Shown here piece after piece: positions 10,597 to 20,890 of a DNA stretch of 64,000 bases. Position numbers and translations under genes: made by a program. The stretch's first letter is position 1; every line of letters starts with the position of its first letter. The notes beneath the pieces were generated by a model that was given only the letters and a program-made list of their open reading frames with translations, did no database searches and was not told the origin of the DNA. This stretch comes from Nautiliaceae bacterium (lineage in GTDB: Bacteria; Campylobacterota; Campylobacteria; Campylobacterales; Nautiliaceae), in assembly GCA_039831155.1 (NCBI GenBank), contig JBDONT010000043.1, forward strand, positions 160,001 through 224,000. Reading direction: 5' to 3'.

Positions 10597-11624
10597 AATT
10601 TTTAGTACTATTTGGAGGAAACAGTTTCGAACACGAAATATCTATAGTAAGTGCTATAACCCTAAAAGACAAAATCAAAAAACACGAACTTGTATTTGTT
10701 TATGTGGATGATGAAAGGGATTTTTATTTAATTAAAAAAGAGAATATGAAAAGCAAATATTTTTCTACGAGAGAGTATAAAAAAGCTACAAAACTTGAAA
10801 TTACAAAAGGTGGTTTTAGATATTTTAAAGGACTTTTAAAGAAATGTTATTATGTTAACTTTGATGTAACAATAAACCTAATTCACGGAAAAGACGGAGA
10901 AGACGGAAAAATACCATCGCTACTTGAATTTTTTAATATAAAAGCAATTACACCTAATGTAGAAGCAAGTGTAATAAGCTATAATAAAGTTTTAACAAAA
11001 GCCTATGCAAAAGAAGTGGGGGTGGATGTAATTGATTATGAGGTTATAAACTCTCCTAAAACAAGATTTTCTTTTCCGGTAATTGTAAAACCGGCAAGAC
11101 TTGGGAGCAGTATAGGGGTTAGTGTGGCTAAAAATCAAGATGAACTTAATTATGCTTTTGATGTGGCTAGAGAGTTTGACGATTTGATAATCGTAGAACC
11201 TTTTATAGAGGGAATAGAGGAGTATAATTTAGCTGGATTTCTAGCTGATGAGTTTGTGTTTTCTAATGTTGAAAAAATTGAGAAAAAAGAGTATTTGGAT
11301 TTTGAGAAAAAATATATGGACTTTAGTAGAAAGAATATTATGTTAAGTAATATTGATAAATCAATAGAGAAAAACCTAAAAGAAGCATTTAAAAAAATAT
11401 ACAACTCAACTTTCAAAAACGCCCTTATAAGATGTGACTTTTTTGTAAAAGAGGGCAAAGTATATTTAAACGAAATTAATCCTATACCCGGAAGTATGGC
11501 TAATTATTTGTTTGACGATTTTGATTTGGTATTGGAAAAATTAGCCTCTTCTTTAAAGGAAGAGCGTAAAATAAAAGTGGACTTTAGCTATATAAATAAA
11601 ATTCAGATGGCAAAAGGAAAGTAG
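10593..11624 (+). CDS. ddl: D-alanine--D-alanine ligase
   Basis: FGGNSFEHEIS, HGKDGEDG, GSSIGV and NEINPIPG motifs. Confidence 0.95.
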   Translation: MKFLVLFGGNSFEHEISIVSAITLKDKIKKHELVFVYVDDERDFYLIKKENMKSKYFSTREYKKATKLEITKGGFRYFKGLLKKCYYVNFDVTINLIHGKDGEDGKIPSLLEFFNIKAITPNVEASVISYNKVLTKAYAKEVGVDVIDYEVINSPKTRFSFPVIVKPARLGSSIGVSVAKNQDELNYAFDVAREFDDLIIVEPFIEGIEEYNLAGFLADEFVFSNVEKIEKKEYLDFEKKYMDFSRKNIMLSNIDKSIEKNLKEAFKKIYNSTFKNALIRCDFFVKEGKVYLNEINPIPGSMANYLFDDFDLVLEKLASSLKEERKIKVDFSYINKIQMAKGK

Positions 11625-11896
11625 TGCAAACCCATAAATTTATAATAAAAGGTAAAGTCCAGGGAGTTTGGTATAGAAAATTTGTAAGTGAGAGTGCCAA
11701 AGAAGAAGGTTTTAAAGGTTACATAAGAAATTTGCCTAATAAGAGTGTTGAAGCTGTGGTTAATATAAAAGATGAAAGTGAATTAAAGAGGTTTATCGAA
11801 ATTTTAAAAAAGGGCTCTCCTTACAGTGAAGTTAAAGAAATTAATTATCAAAAAACAGAAAATCAAAACTTTGAAGATTTTGAGATAAGGTATTAA
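11624..11896 (+). CDS. acyP: Acylphosphatase
   Basis: GKVQGVWYR and GYIRN signature; GTG start. Confidence 0.9.
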   Translation: MQTHKFIIKGKVQGVWYRKFVSESAKEEGFKGYIRNLPNKSVEAVVNIKDESELKRFIEILKKGSPYSEVKEINYQKTENQNFEDFEIRY

Positions 11897-12553
11897 ATGG
11901 CTAACTTTTCAACTCATATAAACGTAGCTGCATTTGTAAGTGCGACGACGACCTGGAGCTTTTATCATCTCTCTTTGGTTTCAAAAGAGGACGCTCCTAT
12001 CTATTTTTTAGCAGGAATAATAGGAGGTATACTTCCCGATATAGACCATGACAACTCAACGCCTCTTAAAATAATGCAGTTTTTGTTTGCCAATATTTTC
12101 GCTTTTTTGAGTATTTATAAATTTATAGGTAAACTTCCCATTTTAAATTTAGCACTCATTTGGATAGGCAGTTATCTTGTATGCAATATAATATTTTTTA
12201 TTTTCAAAAAAATTACAAAACACAGAGGGATTATCCACTCAATCCCGACTGCTTTTATTTTGTGGTTTTTAAGTACGGTTTACTCTTACTATTTTATGAA
12301 TTTAGGAGTGGTTAAAAGCTATCTTATAGGATTTTTTCTGTTTTTAGGTTATATTACCCATCTTGTGCTTGATGAAATTTATGCTGTGGATATAGCCGGT
12401 AACAGACTTAAAAACTCTTTTGGAAGTGCACTTAAACTATTCGGAAGAAACTCAAAAATCAATATAGTAGTTTATATGATTTTAGGGGCTTTAATTATTG
12501 CACTGCCTCATAAGGAAGTTTTGATAAATATTTTTCAAAGGGTTATTAAATGA
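11897..12553 (+). CDS. Membrane metal-dependent hydrolase (YdjM-like)
   Basis: TH, LPDIDH, HRGIIHS and SHLVLD-type motifs with TM helices. Confidence 0.8.
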   Translation: MANFSTHINVAAFVSATTTWSFYHLSLVSKEDAPIYFLAGIIGGILPDIDHDNSTPLKIMQFLFANIFAFLSIYKFIGKLPILNLALIWIGSYLVCNIIFFIFKKITKHRGIIHSIPTAFILWFLSTVYSYYFMNLGVVKSYLIGFFLFLGYITHLVLDEIYAVDIAGNRLKNSFGSALKLFGRNSKINIVVYMILGALIIALPHKEVLINIFQRVIK

Positions 12554-13950
12554 ACTTAATTGTAAATTTTATAACGGTTTATCTGTTGGCGTTTTATCTT
12601 ATTACCGTATTGCAGTGGTATAACTATAAATTAAGTAGAATCGTTTTTCATTTTCATAAACCGATTTGGCATTTGATTTATTTTGTAATTCCTATACTAA
12701 CTTATACGGTTGCGTATAAATTTTTTTGGATATATTTGTTTTTCGGGCTTTTGCCGGCTTTGATTTTGTGGTATAGAAGAGTTAAAGGGCTTGTTTTTAC
12801 CTCCAGGGTTAAAAGATTTTTGACAATAGTGGGGATTTTAGAAACCATAAATTTAGTTTTTTTAAATAAACTTCATTATAATCCCGGAATTGCGGCTTTA
12901 GTGGTATTGGTTTTGAGCGTTTTAATTTCCGAATCGATAGAGTACGTTTTATTTTTGAAATACAAATCTATGGCTAAAAAAAGATTAAAAGAGATATCTC
13001 CTCAAATAGTGGTAATTACTGCAAGCTACGGAAAAACTTCTATAAAAAACTTCTTAGCACAACTGCTCCCCAACGCTTATAAAACACCAAGAAGCGTAAA
13101 TACCTTAAAAGGAATTATAAAAGATATAAATACCGATATGCCTTCAAACACCAAAATCTATATAGCCGAAGCCGGTGCAAGAGAGAAGGGCGATATACTT
13201 GAGATTGTAAAATTCTTAGAAAACGAATATTCTATTTTGGGTAAAATAGGTCCTCAACATATCGAATATTTTAAAAGTTTGGAAAATATCAAAAATACGA
13301 AACTTGAAGTTTTTAAAACCCCTAATTTAAAAAAAGGTTTTTCTTATGAAGTGCCTTATAACGAAAAGGTGGAAGTTATAAAAGATAAAATATCAGATAT
13401 AAAAGCTTCTTTAGACGGGCTTGAGTGGAATTTGAAAATAGGGGATGATATTCATCATTTTAAATGTAACTTACTTGGTGGATTTAACGCTATGAATATT
13501 TCACTGGCTGTTTTCCAGGCTTTGGAACTGGGAGAAGATATTGAAAAAATTAAAACGAAAGTGGAAAAACTCCAGGCAATACCTCACAGACTTCAAAAAA
13601 TAGAAGTTGGAGGAAAAATTATAATAGACGATAGTTTTAACGGTAATTTAGAGGGGATGATTGAATCTTATAATCTCGTAAAAGAGTACCCGGGTAGAAA
13701 AATACTCATAACCCCTGGAATCGTAGAAGCTACAAAAGAACAAAATATAAAATTGGCTAAAAAAATAGACGAAGTTTTTGATTTGGTAATTATAACCGGA
13801 GAAGTTAATAAAAAAGTATTGAACGAAAACATACTAAACAGTGAGAAGATTATGTTAACTAATAAGCAAAAATTAGAAAAAATCCTACAAGAAACAACAA
13901 AAGCAAAAGACTTAATACTATTTAGCAACGATACCCCAAACTACTTATAA
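12550..13950 (+). CDS. murF: Mur ligase (MurF-type) with N-terminal membrane anchor
   Basis: ITASYGKTS P-loop, GPQHIEYF, HRLQ and IDDSFNGN motifs. Confidence 0.85.
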   Translation: MNLIVNFITVYLLAFYLITVLQWYNYKLSRIVFHFHKPIWHLIYFVIPILTYTVAYKFFWIYLFFGLLPALILWYRRVKGLVFTSRVKRFLTIVGILETINLVFLNKLHYNPGIAALVVLVLSVLISESIEYVLFLKYKSMAKKRLKEISPQIVVITASYGKTSIKNFLAQLLPNAYKTPRSVNTLKGIIKDINTDMPSNTKIYIAEAGAREKGDILEIVKFLENEYSILGKIGPQHIEYFKSLENIKNTKLEVFKTPNLKKGFSYEVPYNEKVEVIKDKISDIKASLDGLEWNLKIGDDIHHFKCNLLGGFNAMNISLAVFQALELGEDIEKIKTKVEKLQAIPHRLQKIEVGGKIIIDDSFNGNLEGMIESYNLVKEYPGRKILITPGIVEATKEQNIKLAKKIDEVFDLVIITGEVNKKVLNENILNSEKIMLTNKQKLEKILQETTKAKDLILFSNDTPNYL

Positions 13951-13959
13951 GGAGAAAAA

Positions 13960-14544
13960 ATGGAAATCGTTTTAGAGTGTTTGTCAAATATTTCCCAACA
14001 TTTAGATATCGTAATTTTAGTTACGATGGTAAATGTTTTTATTTTTTCTTTAAATATAGTTACCATAAGTAAAATCACTAAATTTTTTATGTTTTTATCA
14101 GTTATAGCTTTAATTTCTTTAACTCTTTTAGTAAGTTACGATGTAATTATGAGGAAGTTTTTTCACGGGGGAAGTATAGCTTTACAAGAGCTTGAATGGC
14201 ATCTTTTTGATATAGTGTTTCTTTTTTCTATCGCTTACACCTTAAGCCACGACAAACACGTAAGAGTCGATATCTTTTACGATAAGTTTCCTACCAAGGT
14301 AAAAGCGATAATTCAAATTATTACCGTTTTATTTTTCGTAGTGCCTCTTTCTACTTTAATTGTGGTTGAGGCTATTCCTTTTGTACAAATGAGTTACGCT
14401 ATGCACGAACAATCCGGTGACCCGGGTGGACTTTGTTGCAGATGGATTATTAAAAGTTCTATGATATTTGCGTTTTTAGTTGTGATTTTGCAATCTGTTT
14501 TAGAATTAAAAAAAGCTTATTTTAAACTAAAAGGACAAAAATGA
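13960..14544 (+). CDS. TRAP transporter small permease (DctQ family)
   Basis: ELEWHLF, HVRVDIFY and SGDPGGL motifs. Confidence 0.88.
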   Translation: MEIVLECLSNISQHLDIVILVTMVNVFIFSLNIVTISKITKFFMFLSVIALISLTLLVSYDVIMRKFFHGGSIALQELEWHLFDIVFLFSIAYTLSHDKHVRVDIFYDKFPTKVKAIIQIITVLFFVVPLSTLIVVEAIPFVQMSYAMHEQSGDPGGLCCRWIIKSSMIFAFLVVILQSVLELKKAYFKLKGQK

Positions 14545-15833
14545 CGGGAATTATTTTATTTGTTGCTGCTTTTGTTTTGTTAATGCTGGGTATTCCAGTT
14601 GCTTTTGCTTTTGGGGCTAGTGCTATATTTGCAGTGCTTTTAGACCCAAATATGGACTTAAGCGTATTTGGATTTTTGCCTTATAGAATATACGGGATTA
14701 TGCAAAATGTAACCTTAATGGCAGTGCCTCTTTTTATTTTTATGGGATTTATCTTAGAAAAAAGTAAAATAGCCGAAAATATGCTCGAATCTATAGGAGA
14801 GCTTTTCGGTCCTATTAGGGGAGGGCTTGCCATAGCTATTGTTATAGTAGGGGCTATTCTTGCGGCTTCTACCGGTATTGTAGGGGCAAGTGTCGTTATG
14901 ATGACTATTATTTCTTTACCTATTATGTTAAAACACGGTTACTCTCCTAAATTGGCAGGAGGAGTAATAGCAGCCAGTGGGACACTAGGACAACTTATTC
15001 CTCCTAGTATCGTTTTGATTATTTTAGGGGATAGAATGAATATCAGTGTAGGGGATTTGTTTAAAGCGGCTTTGATTCCGGGATTTATTATAGTCGGTTT
15101 ATATATTCTTTATATTTTGATAATAGCATTTTTAAAGCCTCAAATCGTACCTCCTATAAAAACCGATAAACCTTATAAAGAAGTATTTTTAAAAGCCCTA
15201 AAATCGTTGGTAGCTCCTTTTATATTAATAATAGTGGTACTTGGTAGTATTTTTGCAGGGTTTGCCACACCTACGGAATCTGCTGCGATAGGGGCTTTGG
15301 GTGCTGTTATTTTAACCATTTTTTATAGAACTTTTAGTTTTGAGCTTTTAAGATACGCAAGTATTGAAACGGTAAAAATAACTGCTATGATTTTTATGAT
15401 TTTAATAGGGGCTACGGCTTTTTCTTTGGTGTTTAACGAATCCGGAGCCGGAGATATTATTACTCAATTTTTCACCGATACCATTTCAAATAAATATATC
15501 TTTATAGCCATTTCTATGGTTTTAATTTTTATTTTAGGATTCTTTATCGATTTTATTGAAATTACTTTTATCGTTATTCCTATTTTACTGCCTATAGTTC
15601 AAGAGCTTGGAATAGACCCTTTATGGTTCGCACTTTTAATTGCCATAAATTTACAGACTTCATTTTTAACGCCACCGTTTGGATTTAGTCTGTTTTATTT
15701 AAAAGGTGCCGCCGGAGATAAAATCAAAACGAAAGATTTATACGTAGGAATTATTCCTTTTATTATTATGCAGCTTATTACGCTTTTAATAGTTCTGTTT
15801 ATACCTAAACTCGTATACGTATTCGTAAACTAG
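14541..15833 (+). CDS. TRAP transporter large permease (DctM family)
   Basis: AVPLFIFMG, GTLGQLIPPS, ATPTESA and LTPPFG motifs. Confidence 0.92.
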   Translation: MTGIILFVAAFVLLMLGIPVAFAFGASAIFAVLLDPNMDLSVFGFLPYRIYGIMQNVTLMAVPLFIFMGFILEKSKIAENMLESIGELFGPIRGGLAIAIVIVGAILAASTGIVGASVVMMTIISLPIMLKHGYSPKLAGGVIAASGTLGQLIPPSIVLIILGDRMNISVGDLFKAALIPGFIIVGLYILYILIIAFLKPQIVPPIKTDKPYKEVFLKALKSLVAPFILIIVVLGSIFAGFATPTESAAIGALGAVILTIFYRTFSFELLRYASIETVKITAMIFMILIGATAFSLVFNESGAGDIITQFFTDTISNKYIFIAISMVLIFILGFFIDFIEITFIVIPILLPIVQELGIDPLWFALLIAINLQTSFLTPPFGFSLFYLKGAAGDKIKTKDLYVGIIPFIIMQLITLLIVLFIPKLVYVFVN

Positions 15834-15913
15834 GGAGTCTTAAAGGTTCTCTAGGAGAAAAAACAAAATGTAGAGAATATACATTATGTTAACTAAGATA
15901 TATTAAAAAAAAA

Positions 15914-16072
15914 TCAAAAAAGCTTATTTAATAAATCTTTATTATCTTCTAAGTATTTATCAATAAGCTTTCGTAACTCTTTACTGGAATCTGAATGTTT
16001 GAGTTTTGCTATTTTTTTAAACGCTTCCCACTTAGATTTTTCCACCTTAAAATTTGCGTTTTTCATTTCCAT
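15914..16072 (-). CDS. 52-aa ribbon-helix-helix (CopG/Arc-like) protein, absent from the ORF track
   Basis: Manual translation MEMKNANFKVEKSKWEAFKKIAKLKHSDSSKELRKLIDKYLEDNKDLLNKLF; AAGG upstream; strand-helix-helix pattern. Confidence 0.7.
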   Translation of the reverse strand: MEMKNANFKVEKSKWEAFKKIAKLKHSDSSKELRKLIDKYLEDNKDLLNKLF

Positions 16073-16153
16073 ATCAAAGCCTTTTAATGTTTTTGTGAAA
16101 TTTTATTTAAATTTTCTCTTTTTTGCTATACTTTCAGCTAAAAAAGGTAAAAA

Positions 16154-16684
16154 ATGAACAAAAAAGAGATTTTCCAAAGAACGAACAATAAATGCGAACT
16201 TTGTGAGAGTGAAGATAATTTAAGCGTATATGAAGTTTTTAAAAGTGAAGATAACGACGGATATGCCCTATTATGTAAAAAATGTTTTTCTCAAATAGAA
16301 TCTCAAAACTTTGATGAAACTCATTTTAACTGCTTAAACAACGCTATGTGGAGCGAAGTACCGGCAGTTAAAATCTTAAGCTACAAAATATGGAAAGCTC
16401 TAGGCAGAAGTGATATGACGGATATGATGTATTTAACGGATGAAGAACTTGCAATAGCAAACAAAGAAGAGGAAATTATCAAAGACTCAAACGGCAATAT
16501 ATTAAAAGCCGGAGACAATGTAAGCGTAATTAAAGATTTAGAAGTTAAAGGTGCCGGAAAAACAATCAAAAGAGGAACGGTTGTTAAAAACATAAGAATG
16601 TGCGATGTACCGGGTCACGTATCTTGTAAAGTGGATGGAATCGGTCAAGTTTATTTAAAAACCGAATTTTTAAAGAAAATTTAA
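16154..16684 (+). CDS. PhnA/YjdM-domain zinc-ribbon protein
   Basis: CELC and CKKC; KDSNGNILKAGD...IKDLEVKG...LKTEFLKK C-terminal domain; TGCTATACT extended -10 at 16124-16132. Confidence 0.85.
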   Translation: MNKKEIFQRTNNKCELCESEDNLSVYEVFKSEDNDGYALLCKKCFSQIESQNFDETHFNCLNNAMWSEVPAVKILSYKIWKALGRSDMTDMMYLTDEELAIANKEEEIIKDSNGNILKAGDNVSVIKDLEVKGAGKTIKRGTVVKNIRMCDVPGHVSCKVDGIGQVYLKTEFLKKI

Positions 16685-17847
16685 CTCTCCACTCGGTTTT
16701 TTCCTCCATTCTTAGCTTTATAAAGAGCTTTGTCGGCTTTTTCTACAAGTTTATAAAAATCTTTACTGTCATTTAAATGTATACATCCTACCCCGAAACT
16801 ACAAGTAACTTTATCTATTTTTTCAAAATTGTGAGAGGCTATTTTTTGTCTTAGAATTTCTGCAACTTTTGCTGCTTCTGTAGAATTCTCCACACTATCT
16901 AAAATAACCAAAAACTCCTCCCCTCCCCATCTAATTACAATATCACTTTTTCTAAGGGAATTTTTTACTATTTGGCTTAATGTTTTAAGTATTTCATCCC
17001 CTACGTTATGCCCTAATCTGTCATTAATCTGTTTAAAGTTGTCTATATCGAATAAAATTACACATTTTTTAAATCTGATAAAGCTAGAAAGAACCTTTTC
17101 TAAAATTTTTCTATTATAAAGCCCGGTAAGAGAATCTGTTAAAATCTCTTTTTCAAAATCGCTAATATCGTTTAATACAATCAAAGTATAATTTTTATTG
17201 ATGTTTTGAATATTTACATCAAAAGTTATTTTTTTATCGTTTAAAGAAACGGTAATTTCTTGGTAATCTTTACTTAAGTCGATAGGAATTTTCTCTATCA
17301 ATTCTTCAAACGTTTTTATGTTAGGAAACATAAGACTAAAAGCTTTATTTATTAATTTAATTTTTCTGTTTTCTAAAAGAACTGAGGGATTTGGTTGTTT
17401 GTTAAAAACTTCCTGTAATAGATTCATAAGTTCTTTAATTTCTTTTTTTTGTTTTAAAAATTCAGCTAAAGAGTTTAATTTTTTCAGAAGTTTTTGTTTA
17501 TCGATAGGTTTTGTAAGATAGCCTTCCACTCCTAAATCGATGGCTTCTTTTAAATACTCCACATCGGCAAAAGCCGTTATAAATATAACAAATTCATAAT
17601 GGTTTTTTTCTTTTATTTTTTTTACCATCTCTATGCCGTTCATTATAGGCATTCTGATATCCGAAATTACAATATCGGGTTTAAACTCTTCATATTTTTC
17701 AAGCCCCTCTTTTCCGTTTGAGGCTATTATCACTTCTTTAAAGTATCTTTTTATCATAAAAGCAAAAGACTCTCTAATAAACTCATCATCTTCTACATAT
17801 AAACAAACTAATTTTTTTAAAAATTCCGAAGGTTTGACTTTATTCAT
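16681..17847 (-). CDS. Response regulator receiver-GGDEF diguanylate cyclase
   Basis: VEDD...SDIRMP...KP receiver; DSLTGLYNR, DIDNFK, RKSD I-site and GGEEF; start could be 17877. Confidence 0.92.
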   Translation of the reverse strand: MNKVKPSEFLKKLVCLYVEDDEFIRESFAFMIKRYFKEVIIASNGKEGLEKYEEFKPDIVISDIRMPIMNGIEMVKKIKEKNHYEFVIFITAFADVEYLKEAIDLGVEGYLTKPIDKQKLLKKLNSLAEFLKQKKEIKELMNLLQEVFNKQPNPSVLLENRKIKLINKAFSLMFPNIKTFEELIEKIPIDLSKDYQEITVSLNDKKITFDVNIQNINKNYTLIVLNDISDFEKEILTDSLTGLYNRKILEKVLSSFIRFKKCVILFDIDNFKQINDRLGHNVGDEILKTLSQIVKNSLRKSDIVIRWGGEEFLVILDSVENSTEAAKVAEILRQKIASHNFEKIDKVTCSFGVGCIHLNDSKDFYKLVEKADKALYKAKNGGKNRVES

Positions 17848-17928
17848 TTTTCCCCATTCTTTTATTTTATGATTCACAGAAATTTAATATAATTCTATCA
17901 AAATTTTATTTTGTAAAAGGCATCAAAA

Positions 17929-18294
17929 ATGACGAACAAATTAAAATTACTTTTTGTGGAAGATGATAAAACCACAAGAGAAATTATGAATGTTTTTTTA
18001 GAAGAATATTTCGCTCATATAGAAATAGCCGTAGACGGACTTGATGCTTTGGAAAAATATCAAGATAATAAATTCGACGTAATTATTTCCGATATAAATA
18101 TGCCTAATATGAGCGGATTGGAATTATTTAAAATAATCAGAGAAAAAGATAAAAACGTTATTTTAATTTTAACAACGGCTTATAATGATGATTCTTTTAT
18201 CAAAAAAAGTCAAGAAATAGGTATAAACGGATATTTTGCAAAACCTATAGATATAGACAAATTAATACTTACCTTACAAGAGGTGGTGTATTAA
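17929..18294 (+). CDS. Single-domain response regulator
   Basis: VEDD, SDINMP, TTA and KP receiver motifs. Confidence 0.9.
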   Translation: MTNKLKLLFVEDDKTTREIMNVFLEEYFAHIEIAVDGLDALEKYQDNKFDVIISDINMPNMSGLELFKIIREKDKNVILILTTAYNDDSFIKKSQEIGINGYFAKPIDIDKLILTLQEVVY

Positions 18295-18305
18295 GAAGGT
18301 ATTAA

Positions 18306-19934
18306 ATGAAATATTTACAGATTATAATGTTGGCCTTGCTATATTTTTTATCCGCTAATATAAGATTTAAATCTCTACTTTCTCACGATATTATAAGTAC
18401 TATAATTTTTCCATCCGAAGGTATAGGTTTAGCTTTTATTTTGTATTTCGGAAAACATTTATGGCCCGGTGTTTTCATAGGGCAATTTCTTTTAGCTTTA
18501 TCAAAATCCATTCCGTTCATTCCTGCTTTTTTGACTGCCGTAATAAGCTCGACGGAAATGTTGTTGGGATATTATATTTTTAAAAAACTTAAATTAAACC
18601 CTAAATTGGAAAATTTTAGAGATTTAATAATATTGGGACTTATAATAGTATTCGTATTACAACCGTTTAACGCCCTATTCTCAAATTTTATATTTTTAAA
18701 ATTCGGAATAATTCAAAAATATGAATTTTGGGTATCCATTTATTCTTGGTGGTTCGGAAACGTTATGGGAGAACTCTTATATACTCCTACCGTTTTAATG
18801 TTTTTTAAATATTATAAAAAAAATAATATTTTAGATTTTTTATTCGTCGGCTTATCTTTCGGTATTATAAGTTATTTAACTATATATTTATTAAATATTC
18901 ATAGTGCATTACTCCTTTTAAGCGTAACATTACCTGTTATAGTGATAATGGTCTATGAAAAAAACTTAAGTTACGGATTATTTATGATAGTTACCTTATC
19001 TTATGCCATATTTTTCGCAATTCATAATTCAAGCGGACCTTTTATAGATACAATATACGGTATTAATATTATGGATTATAATCTTTTTTTACTAACTTCT
19101 TTAATAATCGTATTAACAGTCGGAATATTTTTTGAAAAGCATAAAGAATTTGAAATACAACTACAAAAAGCGATAAAAAAAGCCCTGGAAAGAAATAAAC
19201 AACAACAACTTTTAATGCTTCAACAAAATAAACACGCTCAAATGGGAGAAATGATAAGTATGATTGCTCATCAATGGAGACAACCTTTAAATAATATTTC
19301 TTTATTGAATCAATTAATTACAAAAAAATATTTTTCAGGAACATTAAATGAAGAGTTCATTAGATATTTCGATAAAAATTCCAAAAAACAAATAGAACTT
19401 ATGTCTAAAACCATCGATGATTTTAGAAATTTTTTTAAACCGGGAGAAACAAAAGAAGAATTCGAACTACATAAAGTAATATTGAGAATAATTTATATGG
19501 TAAAAGATATTTATGCACAAAAAGGTATCAGTATAGAATTTAAAGATAACAATATAAAATGTAAATGTTTCGGTTTTCCCAACTCACTTTCTCACGCAGT
19601 CTTAAATATTATGAATAATTCTAAAGATATTTTAATAGAAAAAAACATCTCGGATAAAAAAATAACGATAGAACTTAAAAAAATGGGTCGTAAGATTTTA
19701 ATAATCATTAAAGATAACGGAGGCGGTATAGATAAAAAAGTTATAGATAAAATTTTTGATCCTTACTTCTCAACAAAAAAAGAAAAAAACGGAACGGGAT
19801 TAGGTCTTTATATGACTAAAATTATTATTAAAGAACATATGCAATCGGATATTTTAGTAAATAATAATAAAAAGGGAGCGGTTTTTACCATTATATTAAA
19901 TGAAAAAATTTGTTCCGCTATAAATAATTTTTAG
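18306..19934 (+). CDS. MASE1-domain sensor histidine kinase
   Basis: Multi-TM N-terminus (FPSEGIGLA, WWFGNVMG); AHQWRQPL H-box; DNGGG and GTGLGLY ATP-binding boxes. Confidence 0.9.
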   Translation: MKYLQIIMLALLYFLSANIRFKSLLSHDIISTIIFPSEGIGLAFILYFGKHLWPGVFIGQFLLALSKSIPFIPAFLTAVISSTEMLLGYYIFKKLKLNPKLENFRDLIILGLIIVFVLQPFNALFSNFIFLKFGIIQKYEFWVSIYSWWFGNVMGELLYTPTVLMFFKYYKKNNILDFLFVGLSFGIISYLTIYLLNIHSALLLLSVTLPVIVIMVYEKNLSYGLFMIVTLSYAIFFAIHNSSGPFIDTIYGINIMDYNLFLLTSLIIVLTVGIFFEKHKEFEIQLQKAIKKALERNKQQQLLMLQQNKHAQMGEMISMIAHQWRQPLNNISLLNQLITKKYFSGTLNEEFIRYFDKNSKKQIELMSKTIDDFRNFFKPGETKEEFELHKVILRIIYMVKDIYAQKGISIEFKDNNIKCKCFGFPNSLSHAVLNIMNNSKDILIEKNISDKKITIELKKMGRKILIIIKDNGGGIDKKVIDKIFDPYFSTKKEKNGTGLGLYMTKIIIKEHMQSDILVNNNKKGAVFTIILNEKICSAINNF

Positions 19935-20400
19935 AGATTTTTTTTATCTCTTCATATATTTTATCAAAATCCGCACTATAAACTCTTGTTTCGAATATAG
20001 TTGTCATCATATTCGTATCTCTTTTAAATCGGGGTACTAAATGTAAATGAATATGCTCCGGTATCCCCGCCCCCGCATCAAACCCTAAATTCCAACCCAT
20101 ATTTATACCATCCGCTCCGAAATCTTTAAGTATTTTACAACCTATTTGAGCCATTTTGGCTATATGACAAACTTCTTTTTCCGTTAAATTTTCATAATTG
20201 CCAATATGTCTATTCGGAATAATCATAAAATGGCCCGGATTATAAGGAAATTTATTCATTACAAAAAAACATATGTCATCTCTATAAAATACGTGATTTT
20301 CTTTATCAAATTGAAAATTTTTTGCTATTTCGCAAAACGGACATTCGTTTGTTTTTTTTGTGTGGTACTCTCTTCTCCAAGGTGCATATAGTTTTTGCAA
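19918..20400 (-). CDS. HIT family nucleotide hydrolase
   Basis: APWR, CPFC, NKFPYNPGH and the HIHLH triad. Confidence 0.92.
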   Translation of the reverse strand: MQKLYAPWRREYHTKKTNECPFCEIAKNFQFDKENHVFYRDDICFFVMNKFPYNPGHFMIIPNRHIGNYENLTEKEVCHIAKMAQIGCKILKDFGADGINMGWNLGFDAGAGIPEHIHLHLVPRFKRDTNMMTTIFETRVYSADFDKIYEEIKKISKNYL

Positions 20401-20432
20401 TGTTTTTTCCTTTCAAAATTAACATAATAATC

Positions 20433-20744
20433 TTACTTATTCATTTTACCTATCTTTTTTTCAATAGATTCAATTTTTTGCTTCATTCTATTGCTTTTGT
20501 TTTTTCTAATATCCATTTTTATTGTAGTATAAACTCTATTACAATCCGGTTCTAATTGTTTATAAGCATTATTTATAATCTTCGTAGCTTCTTCAATTGT
20601 ATTTACTTCAAAAATCGTTCCCATAGGAGTCAACTGATAATTAATTTTACTTTCTTTAAACATTTTAATAATTCTACTTACATATTCGCTAACACTTTCA
20701 CCTTTATCCGTCGGAAACATAGCAAATTCAACTAAGACTGACAT
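20433..20744 (-). CDS. MTH1187 family thiamine-binding protein
   Basis: SVSEYV, LTPMGT and RVYTTIKMDIR; AAGGAG upstream of the ATG at 20744. Confidence 0.88.
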   Translation of the reverse strand: MSVLVEFAMFPTDKGESVSEYVSRIIKMFKESKINYQLTPMGTIFEVNTIEEATKIINNAYKQLEPDCNRVYTTIKMDIRKNKSNRMKQKIESIEKKIGKMNK

Positions 20745-20890
20745 ACTTTCTCCTTTTTTATTATACTCTAAAATTGAGTCAATTAGTAACATTTTACTAT
20801 TTTTTATAGTTTCTTAAGTATTTTATAAGTAAAAAGCAGTATAATTCCATCAGTTTTTCTTTCCTTGAATTTTACTTAAAGGTAAAGTTA

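Noticed and set aside
2662-15900. Shared ATTATGTTAACT in the intergenic regions near 2666 and 15883
   Set aside because: It is a short AT-rich match that also occurs inside ddl, so it is compatible with chance.
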